DNA of 64,000 bases from Patescibacteria group bacterium (GTDB taxonomy: Bacteria; Patescibacteriota; Patescibacteriia; 2-02-FULL-49-11): assembly GCA_041645165.1 (NCBI GenBank), contig JBAZQN010000010.1, positions 102 through 64,101 on the forward strand, written 5' to 3'. The notes beneath the pieces were generated by a model. The model had not been told where the DNA came from, did not search any database, and saw only the letters and a list, made by a program, of their open reading frames with translations. Below, one piece after another: positions 15,950 to 25,349 of this stretch; position 1 is the first letter of the stretch, and each line of letters opens with the position of its first letter. The position numbers and the translations under genes are program-made.

Positions 15950-17251
15950 CTATTTCAGTCTAATGCGATACACTTTCTCAAACGTTTCCAAGAAAAGCGA
16001 AGAATTGTCGGGCGTAAGGTAGAGCTTCCGCACATCCTTGATAGTCTGCACTCCTTCTTCCACCGGCACCGCAAGGCGGCGATTGATGCCATTGCCCAAA
16101 TCGGTGCTCCATACGGTATATGTAATCCCCCGCGCGGATTCAGGCACGAGTCCCGCCCCTGAGGGAAGCTCATCAGGCACGGCGCAATACACGGTCACGC
16201 TGTCCTCTCCAAAAGCGCAGCGATCCACCCATGTGGAGAGCCCGAGCGCATATTGGCGCGCGCCCGTCCGGTCGCCCCCGACATCCGCCACCCAGAGCAT
16301 AGGCTGGTACCCCGCGCCCGCAAGAGTGGTGGAATAGAGCACTCTTCTGCCGTCAGGGGACCAAATACCGGAGAAGCCAGACCCTTGCACCTCAAGCGAT
16401 TTAAAATTCTCTCCCTGCATACCTATGAAAAATACTTCTTCGCGGTCAATGCCAGTCGGCTTATGGTACGTGGCGACTACTTTGTAATCCGGAGACCATT
16501 GGGGAGCGACCAGCATACCGCGGTCGCCGGTTGCCTGTACCGCTTGGGCGCCGGTCCCGTCCACATTGGAAACCACGATCCAATTATCCCTTGCGCTGCC
16601 CGTCTCCAGCTTGTAAGAAATGGCTCCCCCGTCCGACCTGAAAGACGGCGCGGTCAGGTCTTTGGGGAGCACGGCCGTTTTTTTGGTGGTAAAATCATAA
16701 TACACATTCGATCCGTCTTCATACTCTAATATAGCGCTATCGCCTTGCGGCGCCCACACCACCTCTGAAACGCCTGGGAAAGATTCGTTCGCAAGCAGCC
16801 GTTTTCCACTGCCGTCGGCATTCACGCGGTAAAATTTGGTATCGGTCGGATTATAATAGCTCAAGCCTCCGCTGGGGCTCACGTCAATATTCATAGGAAA
16901 CCCTTCCACTACCGCCTCTGTGCGCGTTTCCCTGCCGCGCGCCACGTCGTCAACCACGGGCCGATAGCCGGTGCCTGTTGTCCCCCCTGTGGGTTCTCCT
17001 CCGCCTTCAATGGGTAATCCCCCTTCCACAGGTTGCCGCACTAGCCCTCCGGGTCCTTCGCCCGCGCGCGGCAGCGCGCCCACGCCGCCCTCTGGCGGTT
17101 TTACCCCGGGCACGTTAAAAAGCCGGAAACGCCAACCAATAAAAAGAATAATGGCGGCAGTGCCGATGATGCCGAAAATAATCAAGCCGACGCCGATGAG
17201 GAAACGAATGTTAAAACGAGGCATATTCAATTGATAAATTCCAAATCCCAA
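15950..17251 (-). CDS. Membrane-anchored TolB-like beta-propeller protein
   Basis: N-terminal TM helix. Gly/Pro-rich linker. Repeated W.P.G-type blades (VWAPQGDS, QWSPDYK, IWSPDGRRV). Confidence 0.55.
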   Translation of the reverse strand: MGFGIYQLNMPRFNIRFLIGVGLIIFGIIGTAAIILFIGWRFRLFNVPGVKPPEGGVGALPRAGEGPGGLVRQPVEGGLPIEGGGEPTGGTTGTGYRPVVDDVARGRETRTEAVVEGFPMNIDVSPSGGLSYYNPTDTKFYRVNADGSGKRLLANESFPGVSEVVWAPQGDSAILEYEDGSNVYYDFTTKKTAVLPKDLTAPSFRSDGGAISYKLETGSARDNWIVVSNVDGTGAQAVQATGDRGMLVAPQWSPDYKVVATYHKPTGIDREEVFFIGMQGENFKSLEVQGSGFSGIWSPDGRRVLYSTTLAGAGYQPMLWVADVGGDRTGARQYALGLSTWVDRCAFGEDSVTVYCAVPDELPSGAGLVPESARGITYTVWSTDLGNGINRRLAVPVEEGVQTIKDVRKLYLTPDNSSLFLETFEKVYRIRLK

Positions 17252-17345
17252 TGTCCAATTTCCAATAAAATCCCAAGCCCCAATTCACAATTGGATATTT
17301 GGATTTTATTTGACATTGGGATTTGGTCATTGGGATTTCCCGGCA

Positions 17346-18254
17346 TTAGCCGGGAAGTTTCTTCTCCTCTGGCTTTGCCGGGAGCTTAGTGGCGATCTCG
17401 GAACGATACCAGATATAAAAAACGGAAAACGTCAAGATCGGCAGAAAGCCAAGCAGCGGCACACAGTCAATTAATGTGGGCAAAAGCGACTTTATAATCC
17501 GATCCGCAAATTCCATATTCTTGCGGCCAAGATAAAAAAAAGTGCAAAACCCCCACACCACTCCGATAATCCAAGTTAAAACCTGACCCAATGAAAGCGT
17601 TCCAATGTCAATCAAATCCTTGACAAGCGCCAATGATATCAGGAATCCCCACATGAATGTCGAATGATCTTTCGCTTGTATCCCCTGCTGTTTTTTTTTG
17701 CGCTTCAAAAACGCTTTCGCTTTATTCTTTAACCCCTTTTCTTTTTTCCATGCCTGCCGCTGCTTGTCATTCAAACGCTTGAAAGCCGCCTCTCTCTCCG
17801 CCATCATGCCCATGCCGCGATTGATTCCCACCCCGCTCTTTGCCAAGGCTCCAAAATTTTTTCCTAATACACTTCCCGCATTCCCGCCCGCTAATATCCC
17901 CAAAGCCCCCACTCCCAGCCTACGTCCTAAACCGCCCTGAGCCATACTAGCCACCCTCTTTTCGTTCTGCTTATCACGCGCAAGCTTCTGCGCATACTGC
18001 TGTTGTTGTTGTTCCTTATCGCGCTCTGCCTTGCGCTGGCGCATATTATCCAGAAATCCCTGCTTTTGACCTTCCGGCTGGCGTTGTCCGGTCGCGGCGT
18101 ATTGCCTATCATCTTTATTCTTCGCTTGCGTGCCGCCTGCTCCGCCAACAAATCCCCCACTACCAGAGAAAGCACCTCTCCCTTGATACGCATCCTTCAT
18201 TGCCTTCTTCATTGCTTTGCTGGGAATATTCGATTTTGCTTCCGTATCGGCCAT
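17346..18254 (-). CDS. Hypothetical membrane protein (Gly/Lys-rich N-terminal half, C-terminal TM helices)
   Basis: 302-aa ORF in the minus-strand block. C-terminal hydrophobic helices. Confidence 0.4.
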   Translation of the reverse strand: MADTEAKSNIPSKAMKKAMKDAYQGRGAFSGSGGFVGGAGGTQAKNKDDRQYAATGQRQPEGQKQGFLDNMRQRKAERDKEQQQQQYAQKLARDKQNEKRVASMAQGGLGRRLGVGALGILAGGNAGSVLGKNFGALAKSGVGINRGMGMMAEREAAFKRLNDKQRQAWKKEKGLKNKAKAFLKRKKKQQGIQAKDHSTFMWGFLISLALVKDLIDIGTLSLGQVLTWIIGVVWGFCTFFYLGRKNMEFADRIIKSLLPTLIDCVPLLGFLPILTFSVFYIWYRSEIATKLPAKPEEKKLPG

Positions 18255-18304
18255 ACCAGTATTATTAGTTTTTTACCGCCGCACATGATGGTAATATTCA
18301 ATCC

Positions 18305-18411
18305 GTAGCGTCGGAGCTCGTCTCCGACATCCGTGGTGGCAGACAAGCTGCCACGCTACAATTCCGCGGTTTCAGTCTGCAAGACTGAACCAACTTCTGC
18401 AAGACTGAACC
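18305..18411. repeat. Composite intergenic repeat: three-stem element (GTAGCG[GTCGGAG..CTCCGAC][GTGGCAG..CTGCCAC]CGCTAC) plus tandem REP hairpins plus ATCTGC repeats
   Basis: Three-stem unit also at 36432-36486 (reverse complement) and partly at 30515-30595. REP hairpins at 18370-18390 and 18395-18411. Confidence 0.6.
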
Positions 18412-18429
18412 AACGTTGGTCATTCTGCG

Positions 18430-19104
18430 TTAATCTGCTTCTACTTGCCGCCAATAGGCTCCTGACACCTTCCACATCCCTTCTTCTTTCGTCATGCGTA
18501 AATCAAGTTCCTGATAAAATACCTTTGTATTTCCTCCTGTCCCCTGCATTTGGACACGCTGGGTAGTAACGACATAAGACGCCGATCCTTGACTCGGATC
18601 AAATTGCTGTTCCTTCACGTTCAGCGCCTTCGTGCGCACTCCAAGATATACCGATGGGTCTGCCTGTGTAACAATCTGCGCGCGCTCTTGTGAGAGCGCA
18701 TACGTTTGCATTGCCGCCGTCATGAAGGGAAGGAGCGTGCGGATATTGGAAACGTCCTGCTGGTTCGAGTAGCTGCCCCACCGTTCCGCAAACACACTGC
18801 TAAGCTGGAGAAGATCGCTCTTCAATTGCACTAAAGGATCAGGAGGCGGCGCAGGAGCGCGATTGGCGGCGGGCGCGGGAGCAGCGTTTGATGCGGGCGT
18901 GGGGGTGGGGGATGTTGCCTGCGGAGCTGCGGGAGAAGGCTGCTTTTGCACCGATTCAATCAATGCTTTCGTATCGGAGGGGGGAGGCGCAATTGTTCTG
19001 CGTGCAACAAAAAAGTACGCAAAGGCGGCAATCAATACAAAGCTGGAAAATATTAGCAATAATTTAATTTTAGAGGACATACGGTACGATATATAACATA
19101 ACAT
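18430..19104 (-). CDS. Hypothetical membrane-anchored protein (Pro/Ala-rich linker)
   Basis: 224-aa ORF. TM helix LLLIFSSFVLIAAFAYFFV. Confidence 0.4.
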   Translation of the reverse strand: MLCYISYRMSSKIKLLLIFSSFVLIAAFAYFFVARRTIAPPPSDTKALIESVQKQPSPAAPQATSPTPTPASNAAPAPAANRAPAPPPDPLVQLKSDLLQLSSVFAERWGSYSNQQDVSNIRTLLPFMTAAMQTYALSQERAQIVTQADPSVYLGVRTKALNVKEQQFDPSQGSASYVVTTQRVQMQGTGGNTKVFYQELDLRMTKEEGMWKVSGAYWRQVEAD

Positions 19105-19157
19105 TCAAGATTCATTTTAATTTTCAATTTCAAATTATTCAGTCGGCCTCTTCACTT

Positions 19158-19612
19158 GTCATCCCCGACTAGGTCGGGGATCCAGAAAAAACAATAACAT
19201 TAAAAATCATCAGAAAGATCTTTCCATCCTGGATTTACCTCCTCAATCAAACGCAATTTCCACATACGTTTCCATTTCTTTAATTGTTTCTCTCGCTGGA
19301 TGGCAATTTTTATATCAGTGTATTCCTCATAGTAGACCAGCAAATGTATGTGATATTGTTGGGTAAATCCCGGTATCAGTCCATTCTTATGCTCATCTGC
19401 TCTGCGTCTAAGATCGTTGGTTACCCCAATGTACAACGTCCCATTTTTCTGGCTTGCCATGATGTACACATAGTAACTCTGCATGATTTTTGTTTATTTT
19501 TTCTGGATTCCTGCTGGAGTTTATCCCGTACCGCGATACGGGGCAGGAATGACGAGATAGGGTGGATTCCTGTAGGAGTTTACCTCGTACTGCGATACGG
19601 GGCAGGAATGAC
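19158..19612. mobile_element. Hairpin-bounded element carrying a GIY-YIG gene; right terminus duplicated
   Basis: Left end GTCATCCCCGACTAGGTCGGGGATCCAGAAAAAA. Right end CTGGATTCCTG...GGGGCAGGAATGAC occurs twice (19503-19553, 19562-19612). Confidence 0.55.
19200..19484 (-). CDS. GIY-YIG nuclease family protein
   Basis: 94 aa. Paralog of 15568-15852. Confidence 0.7.
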   Translation of the reverse strand: MQSYYVYIMASQKNGTLYIGVTNDLRRRADEHKNGLIPGFTQQYHIHLLVYYEEYTDIKIAIQREKQLKKWKRMWKLRLIEEVNPGWKDLSDDF

Positions 19613-19749
19613 AGCGATTTGTGAACCCCTCCCTGCGGCAGAGACCGCAGGGCATCAGGTCTTACGGCAAGGATGGTTATCATCCCTGTGGCAAAGACCA
19701 CAGGGTATTCACGTAAATAAATTAGCATTGAAAATTTATCGATCGTTGG

Positions 19750-21660
19750 CTACTTCCCTGCAGCAACGGCCGGCGCTCCTTCCTGCTCCAGCGTCTGGTT
19801 AAACTGGCGCTTTGCCTCCTCGATTTCCAAAAGCTGGCGCGGGTCAGAGGTGATGATCTGGTCTTCTGTATAGGAGGCAACCACCTTGATGGCCGCGTGC
19901 TTGCTGCCCGCGAAGAAAATGCCTTCGCCCACGCCGCTCTCGAGCAGCAGATACCGCTCGCCCTGGGTGAGCAAGAATACTTTCGACACCGCATCCACGG
20001 CAGAGGGCGATTGACGGAGCAGTATCTGGAGCCCGGAATTATTTACAATCGCCTGTCCATAGGGTGAACCTAAAAAGTCGTTCACATCCTGCGTAATAGT
20101 GGTCAAACCCAGGTAGTATTTGCGGCAACGCTTTGCCAAGGCGTAGATGAATTTTGCCGAATCCTCATGCTGCATGAGCCACCATGCCTCGTCGATCACG
20201 AGAATGCGCTTCTTAATGGAGGAACGGACGACATTCCAGATGAAATTAATAATAGTATAAATCGCCATGGGCCGCAGTTCATCTTCGAGGTCCCGCACCG
20301 AGAACACCACGAGCTGGTTATTGAGATTGATGTTCGTGCGATTATTGAGAAGCCCCGCAAACGTGCCTTCAGTGTATTTTTTTAGGCGCAGCGCCACGTC
20401 ATCACCGCCCTCCATGCCGCGCAAAATGTCTTCTAGGTCTGAAAGCACCGGCATCTCCGCGTGAGTAAGATCCGAAGAAGGGGTAATATCCTTTTTCGCA
20501 TACGTCTCAAGGATTGCGCGGTCGAGGAGCGAATCTTCCTGATGCGAGAGCTCCCCAATCATGATCCGGATAAGCCCTTTCAAAGTGATCACCGCCGAGC
20601 GGATGATGTCGCCCGCCTTCAAATCTTCTCCTATGGCGCGAGGAAGGTCAAAAGGATTAATCTTGCTGTCGGAATTCAGGGAGATATTGATATAGGTGCC
20701 TCCCACCGCCTGCGCCAGATACTGGTATTCTCGCTCTGGGTCAATAATGATAATCTCCGTGCCGAACATGAGCGAGCGCAGGATTTCAAGCTTAATGGCA
20801 TACGACTTGCCCGCGCCTGATGTGGCGAAGACTACCATGTTTGCATTAGGGAGCGAAAAACGGTCAAAAAGGATGAGGGAGTTATTATGGCGGTTGATAC
20901 CGTAAAGGACGCCATTGTCGCTCGAGAGTTCAGAAGAGACGAAGGGGAAGGATGACGCGGCAGGAGAAGTATTCATATTGAAACTGACGCCCAGCTCGTC
21001 TATTCCCAGAGGCAGCGTTGAATTAAATCCCTGCTCCGCCTGCCACGTGGCGCGCCGGGTAAATACCAGCTTCGATCCGATAACGCTTTCTACCCTCTCC
21101 GTAAGCCTGTTAAGCTCCTTTATATTTGATGAGTATAAGGTGATATACAGCGCGCATTGGAAGAAATGCTCCGTTCCTTGCGTAATATCGTCCCGCAATT
21201 TTTCAATATCCTGGAGCGCAGTCTCCCGCACCGGGTCGCGAGGCGCCCCTTTCTCCCTGTCAGCAGAAAGCTGCGCTTCCAGCACCCCCACCTTGTTCCT
21301 CAATTGTTTTAAGATAATCTCTGGCTCTATGGGATAAAAAAATATTCCCACGTCAAAAGTGGCGCTCATGTCAATAATAGGCTCAAACCACCCCACCGAG
21401 ACATAGCGAGGATATGTCACCACGAAAAGCGTGCGCACAAACATACCCCCCAGCTCCAAATGATCTGACTGCACCCGGAGGGAAGAAGGCGCGATAAAAT
21501 CGCGGATAGATACGGTCCCCTCGCGATACACCTTTTCCGCGCGCAGGAGCTCCTCGGAGGGAAGCGCTGTTTTTTCAACCCGCGACACATCCGCATTCGC
21601 TTCCTGCGCAGGACGGGGCGCTTTCGCCGATTGAGATCGTTTCTTTAAGAAGTTGAACAT
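19750..21660 (-). CDS. virB4: Type IV secretion/conjugation ATPase, VirB4/PrgJ family (C-terminal ATPase part)
   Basis: Walker A GAGKS. Typical VirB4 C-terminal architecture. Confidence 0.8.
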   Translation of the reverse strand: MFNFLKKRSQSAKAPRPAQEANADVSRVEKTALPSEELLRAEKVYREGTVSIRDFIAPSSLRVQSDHLELGGMFVRTLFVVTYPRYVSVGWFEPIIDMSATFDVGIFFYPIEPEIILKQLRNKVGVLEAQLSADREKGAPRDPVRETALQDIEKLRDDITQGTEHFFQCALYITLYSSNIKELNRLTERVESVIGSKLVFTRRATWQAEQGFNSTLPLGIDELGVSFNMNTSPAASSFPFVSSELSSDNGVLYGINRHNNSLILFDRFSLPNANMVVFATSGAGKSYAIKLEILRSLMFGTEIIIIDPEREYQYLAQAVGGTYINISLNSDSKINPFDLPRAIGEDLKAGDIIRSAVITLKGLIRIMIGELSHQEDSLLDRAILETYAKKDITPSSDLTHAEMPVLSDLEDILRGMEGGDDVALRLKKYTEGTFAGLLNNRTNINLNNQLVVFSVRDLEDELRPMAIYTIINFIWNVVRSSIKKRILVIDEAWWLMQHEDSAKFIYALAKRCRKYYLGLTTITQDVNDFLGSPYGQAIVNNSGLQILLRQSPSAVDAVSKVFLLTQGERYLLLESGVGEGIFFAGSKHAAIKVVASYTEDQIITSDPRQLLEIEEAKRQFNQTLEQEGAPAVAAGK

Positions 21661-21763
21661 ATATGCGCTGAATGACGCTGACCGTCACGCTTGCCTTAAT
21701 CGCGGACTAACGCGGAAAATCGATGTCAGCGTGAGTCCGCGTAACGTCTGCGTACGTCTGCGT

Positions 21764-22450
21764 TTATTCCTCCACCTCCATCTTCCCTATCTCCGGCGCC
21801 TTTTCGCTCACTACCACCTCTGGATTATAGGTCGCATACAAAAGTTCTATAAGCGACTGGGTATCAAGCTCCACCGAATTAAGGCCAATCGCCTGCAAAC
21901 CGCCTTTCAGGTGCGCCACATTCCTGTCTAGGCTTGAGCGGTACTGGCGGAACTTTTCCTCTTTCATCTTTATCACCTTGGTTAAGGAAAAAGTTTCCGA
22001 CATGCGCGTGACCAAACTTTTCTGTTTGTCGGAAACCGGATTATACGGCACTACGACATAAAACCGCTTCGATACGATAGCGCCAAGGCTCACCAGCTCC
22101 GTGATGAACTGCCGATAATCTGCCATCTGTATGCGAAGGAGATCATTTGACTGCTCGCGTTCGCGCTGTTTCAAATCGTCAAGGTAGGTATCAATGATGA
22201 ACCGGCGCGACTGGATGATAATTTGCACTGAAAAGGAAAGGGAATTAAGAAATGAAATATACCCTTGCACGGTGGCAGCCTGCTCTTCGGGGGATTTGAG
22301 CGCGAAGTTTACTGACGATACCAAAAGAACGGAACGCAAACTCCCGTCTCTTAAAATAATGGTATCTTCACGAACCTCCGCAATGGGCAGATACCGCTGC
22401 GTGGAGGGCGGATGGGTCTTTTTTTTGCTGACACCTTGCTGAAAAGGCAT
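21764..22450 (-). CDS. VirB4 N-terminal-domain-like protein (apparently split VirB4)
   Basis: YLPIAEVREDTIILRDGSLRSVLLVSS..ALKSPEEQ resembles the VirB4/TrbE N-terminal domain. Sits immediately upstream of the ATPase ORF. Confidence 0.4.
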   Translation of the reverse strand: MPFQQGVSKKKTHPPSTQRYLPIAEVREDTIILRDGSLRSVLLVSSVNFALKSPEEQAATVQGYISFLNSLSFSVQIIIQSRRFIIDTYLDDLKQREREQSNDLLRIQMADYRQFITELVSLGAIVSKRFYVVVPYNPVSDKQKSLVTRMSETFSLTKVIKMKEEKFRQYRSSLDRNVAHLKGGLQAIGLNSVELDTQSLIELLYATYNPEVVVSEKAPEIGKMEVEE

Positions 22451-22626
22451 AGTGCTATAAATCCCTTAGTAGGCAATTCCGAACCCTAAATTTATAAATA
22501 TTAGAATTTTCAATGCTCAATTTCCAATTTTCAATCAATGTCTCAATGCCGCAATTTTCAAACGTTTGATAATTGTTTCATTGAAAATTAAATGAAAATT
22601 GAGACTTGAAAATTGAAAATTATCAA

Positions 22627-23058
22627 TTAGGATTTTTCTTGCTCTGCCTCATAGACCCCTCCGGTATCTACCTCAAGCGCAAGTTCAGCGAGGCGCGTGC
22701 GGCTAAAACGCCGGTGAGGCTGCTCAAGCACTGCGGAGAGATCCTCGCCTTGAGGCGCCGCTTCTAGACCTTCAGCGTCAAATTTGTTCCATACCCGCAA
22801 GGAGGGCTTCATGCCGAGCTGAAAAACGGAAAGGAGAAAATGATGGAAATACCGACCGTTCACCTTATAAAACCCAAACACACCTACCATCGCAAAGGTG
22901 AAAAGCGCAACCAGGATAAACAGGGAAATATCAAACAGCTTATAACACACGACGAGGAAGAGTCCTGCCACGATCATCATGATGAACTGCCGCGTGGTGA
23001 TCGGCCCGAGGATTTTATCTTCCACGTCGATAAATTGAGGAACGACGAATTGATCCAT
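22627..23058 (-). CDS. PrgI/VirB3-like small T4SS membrane protein
   Basis: MDQFVVPQFIDVEDKILGPITTRQFIMMIVAG... fits the PrgI family N-terminal pattern. Two TM helices. Precedes VirB4. Confidence 0.55.
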   Translation of the reverse strand: MDQFVVPQFIDVEDKILGPITTRQFIMMIVAGLFLVVCYKLFDISLFILVALFTFAMVGVFGFYKVNGRYFHHFLLSVFQLGMKPSLRVWNKFDAEGLEAAPQGEDLSAVLEQPHRRFSRTRLAELALEVDTGGVYEAEQEKS

Positions 23059-23122
23059 AAACTTTGATAAATCCTAAACTCTCTCGCTACGCGAGATCTG
23101 GCGTAGCCAGATAAATCCGAAA

Positions 23123-23183
23123 TCTCCCGCCCAGACGGGATCCCGCAAACATTAAATTAAGTAAATTCATAGTGCGGGACTAA
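23123..23183. repeat. CGGGATCCCG-core repeat unit
   Basis: TCTCCCGCCCAGACGGGATCCCGCAAACATTAAATTAAGTAAATTCATAGTGCGGGACTAAAC. Confidence 0.6.
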
Positions 23184-23277
23184 ACAAATACAAACAGTAA
23201 AATTCAAAACGCGATTTGTATTTTTGAACATTTGGGCTTGTTTAGAGTTTCGTGCTTAGGATTTAGAATTTCTCATA

Positions 23278-24483
23278 TTAGTATGCCAGTTTTCGGTTAA
23301 TGTCCGCAATAGCGTCAAATTCTTCTTTGGTAAATACTGGGTGGTTTTTCTTCGTATGCTCTTCAATCACGTGCGCCACATCCATACCTTTCTCCAGACT
23401 TTCTGCGCCGACCACCAAATAGAGTTGATGAAGAGGTGAGGACTTCCACGCCATCAGCCCCTCGTTTCTCTTCAAGAGAGATTCATCGGCGAGCAATTCT
23501 ATCTTTTCCACCACTTTTGACGCCATCATGGATACCGTCGTGCCTAAACGGCGGAAATCCTCTATTGTCATGGTCTTGAGTTCGTCGATGGGTCCCATCA
23601 CCCTACGAAGGGTACGCACGTCAGTGACCGTGGGGCGCAATTCCGCCGTTGGCATCTTAGGAGGCGGCGGAGGCGACGACGGCGCAAGAGGGATTCTTGA
23701 TTTTTGATTTTTGATTCTAGATTCTTCAAGCTGGTACGACGGATGGATGAACGGCCGCGGTTCCTTGACAATGAGCGGCGGCGGAGGTGGAAGCGGTTTT
23801 GGAGGAACCACTTCAGTTTTCACTGGTGTTAGGATTGGCGGAGTGAGATGGAAACTGGCAAGGGCAGGCGTCACCTTAACCCCCCGCACCTCATCTTCAA
23901 ATGCGGGCCTCCGCTCTTCTATAAGCTGCAGGAGCGTATTCGCGGACGCATTGTCCATATTCACGCCTCCCAAATTCCGCGGCCGTGTGAGCGTCTCTTT
24001 TGTTTCAATAAGATCCCTAATGTCTTTGAGCCGGGAAACTATCACGCGGGCGAGCCGAGGCTGGACTTCTGCATCAACCACAAGACCCGAAGCCTTTAAA
24101 ATCTCATCAGCCTTTTTACTCGCAAGCTCATGAATCTTCTCGATGCGGTCTTTATCGCCCGTCTGCCGGTATCCGTCAACCTCCTCTTCATCGCTCACGT
24201 CCACATAATAACGGGCAACCGGCTTCGGAACGGGGACAAGGGAAGAGGGTATAAGAGGGCGCGCAGGGAGGTTTGAAACGGCGCGAGGGGCTGCGGGAGG
24301 AAACATAGAGACACCCACGGGCGCAGGAGTCCGTTCGATATTCATACGCTTCACGCGGTCATCTTGCGACGTGAGTGACGCATCCCAATCCTCCAAAACG
24401 CCATTTTTAAGCACCTTGAAGCGGCCGTCCGCGTCACGGACGACTAGCTCGCCAATGTGGGTTTTATCTACAGGATCTGGCAT
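23278..24483 (-). CDS. Hypothetical Pro-rich protein
   Basis: 401-aa ORF with PPPPP tracts. No recognised domain. Confidence 0.4.
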   Translation of the reverse strand: MPDPVDKTHIGELVVRDADGRFKVLKNGVLEDWDASLTSQDDRVKRMNIERTPAPVGVSMFPPAAPRAVSNLPARPLIPSSLVPVPKPVARYYVDVSDEEEVDGYRQTGDKDRIEKIHELASKKADEILKASGLVVDAEVQPRLARVIVSRLKDIRDLIETKETLTRPRNLGGVNMDNASANTLLQLIEERRPAFEDEVRGVKVTPALASFHLTPPILTPVKTEVVPPKPLPPPPPLIVKEPRPFIHPSYQLEESRIKNQKSRIPLAPSSPPPPPKMPTAELRPTVTDVRTLRRVMGPIDELKTMTIEDFRRLGTTVSMMASKVVEKIELLADESLLKRNEGLMAWKSSPLHQLYLVVGAESLEKGMDVAHVIEEHTKKNHPVFTKEEFDAIADINRKLAY

Positions 24484-24526
24484 AAATATAAATGCTTTTA
24501 ACTAGTGTATCATAATTCTCCTCACC

Positions 24527-25306
24527 TCACTTATTCTGAAACTTCTCGCGAATGCGCGCCTGCTCCACCTGGTGCCATTTCTGCTCGTCAGCTAACTTCT
24601 TCTCCAGCGATTCAACCAGTTTTCTCAATAACCAATCGGTTTTATTGATAAGCTCATAGAATATCTCATAACTCAAATCATTTACAGTGATTTTGGCTAA
24701 AGGCGGATAAAGGATAGTTAAAGGACGATATAAGAAATCCTTGTTTTCCTTTTTCCTCCTTTGATCTCCTTTACCATCCTTTAACGCCCAATTGAACTCA
24801 CCAAGATCAACTCCGATCCCGACGAGACTCGATCCCGGCCTTGACACAAGAAACCCATCTTCGGTCATCTCCCTCACATCACCCTTCACCTCTTCCAAAC
24901 TCCCTTGGCTAAAACCCCAGAAATCCAGGTATTCGCGCGTGGTCGCTCGCTTATAGCCTTCCTCAATATTCCGCACTACACTCCGCGCCGCATCGTCTAA
25001 CTGCGCCTTGCGCCTATATTCAGACCTCGGCAATGCATCAGTCGCAAGACGAACCAAATAGCGCAACAGCACCGCGTTCGACCACTGCACGAGATAACGG
25101 TAGCCTTCTGGATCCTGCCACACCCGAGACCGCTGCTGTGGACGCTCCGGCCGCGACAGCTCCCATACTGTCTTGATGCTCATGGATGCTCCCAACTCGC
25201 TCGACGACAACCCACTCAATTCACAATTTGGAAAATTCTCCGGCGCTTCTGACCAATCAGGATTCTTAAAATCAAACGTCTCGATAAATACCCTTACGCT
25301 GGTCAT
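24527..25306 (-). CDS. Four-helix-bundle protein (23S rRNA IVS-protein family-like)
   Basis: LVRLATDALPRSEYRRKAQLDDAARSVVRNIEEGYKR ... FSQGSLEEV. Confidence 0.4.
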   Translation of the reverse strand: MTSVRVFIETFDFKNPDWSEAPENFPNCELSGLSSSELGASMSIKTVWELSRPERPQQRSRVWQDPEGYRYLVQWSNAVLLRYLVRLATDALPRSEYRRKAQLDDAARSVVRNIEEGYKRATTREYLDFWGFSQGSLEEVKGDVREMTEDGFLVSRPGSSLVGIGVDLGEFNWALKDGKGDQRRKKENKDFLYRPLTILYPPLAKITVNDLSYEIFYELINKTDWLLRKLVESLEKKLADEQKWHQVEQARIREKFQNK

Positions 25307-25349
25307 ACACCCCTATTATTTTTTCTTTATACTCCTCCTCTCTCCTCCA

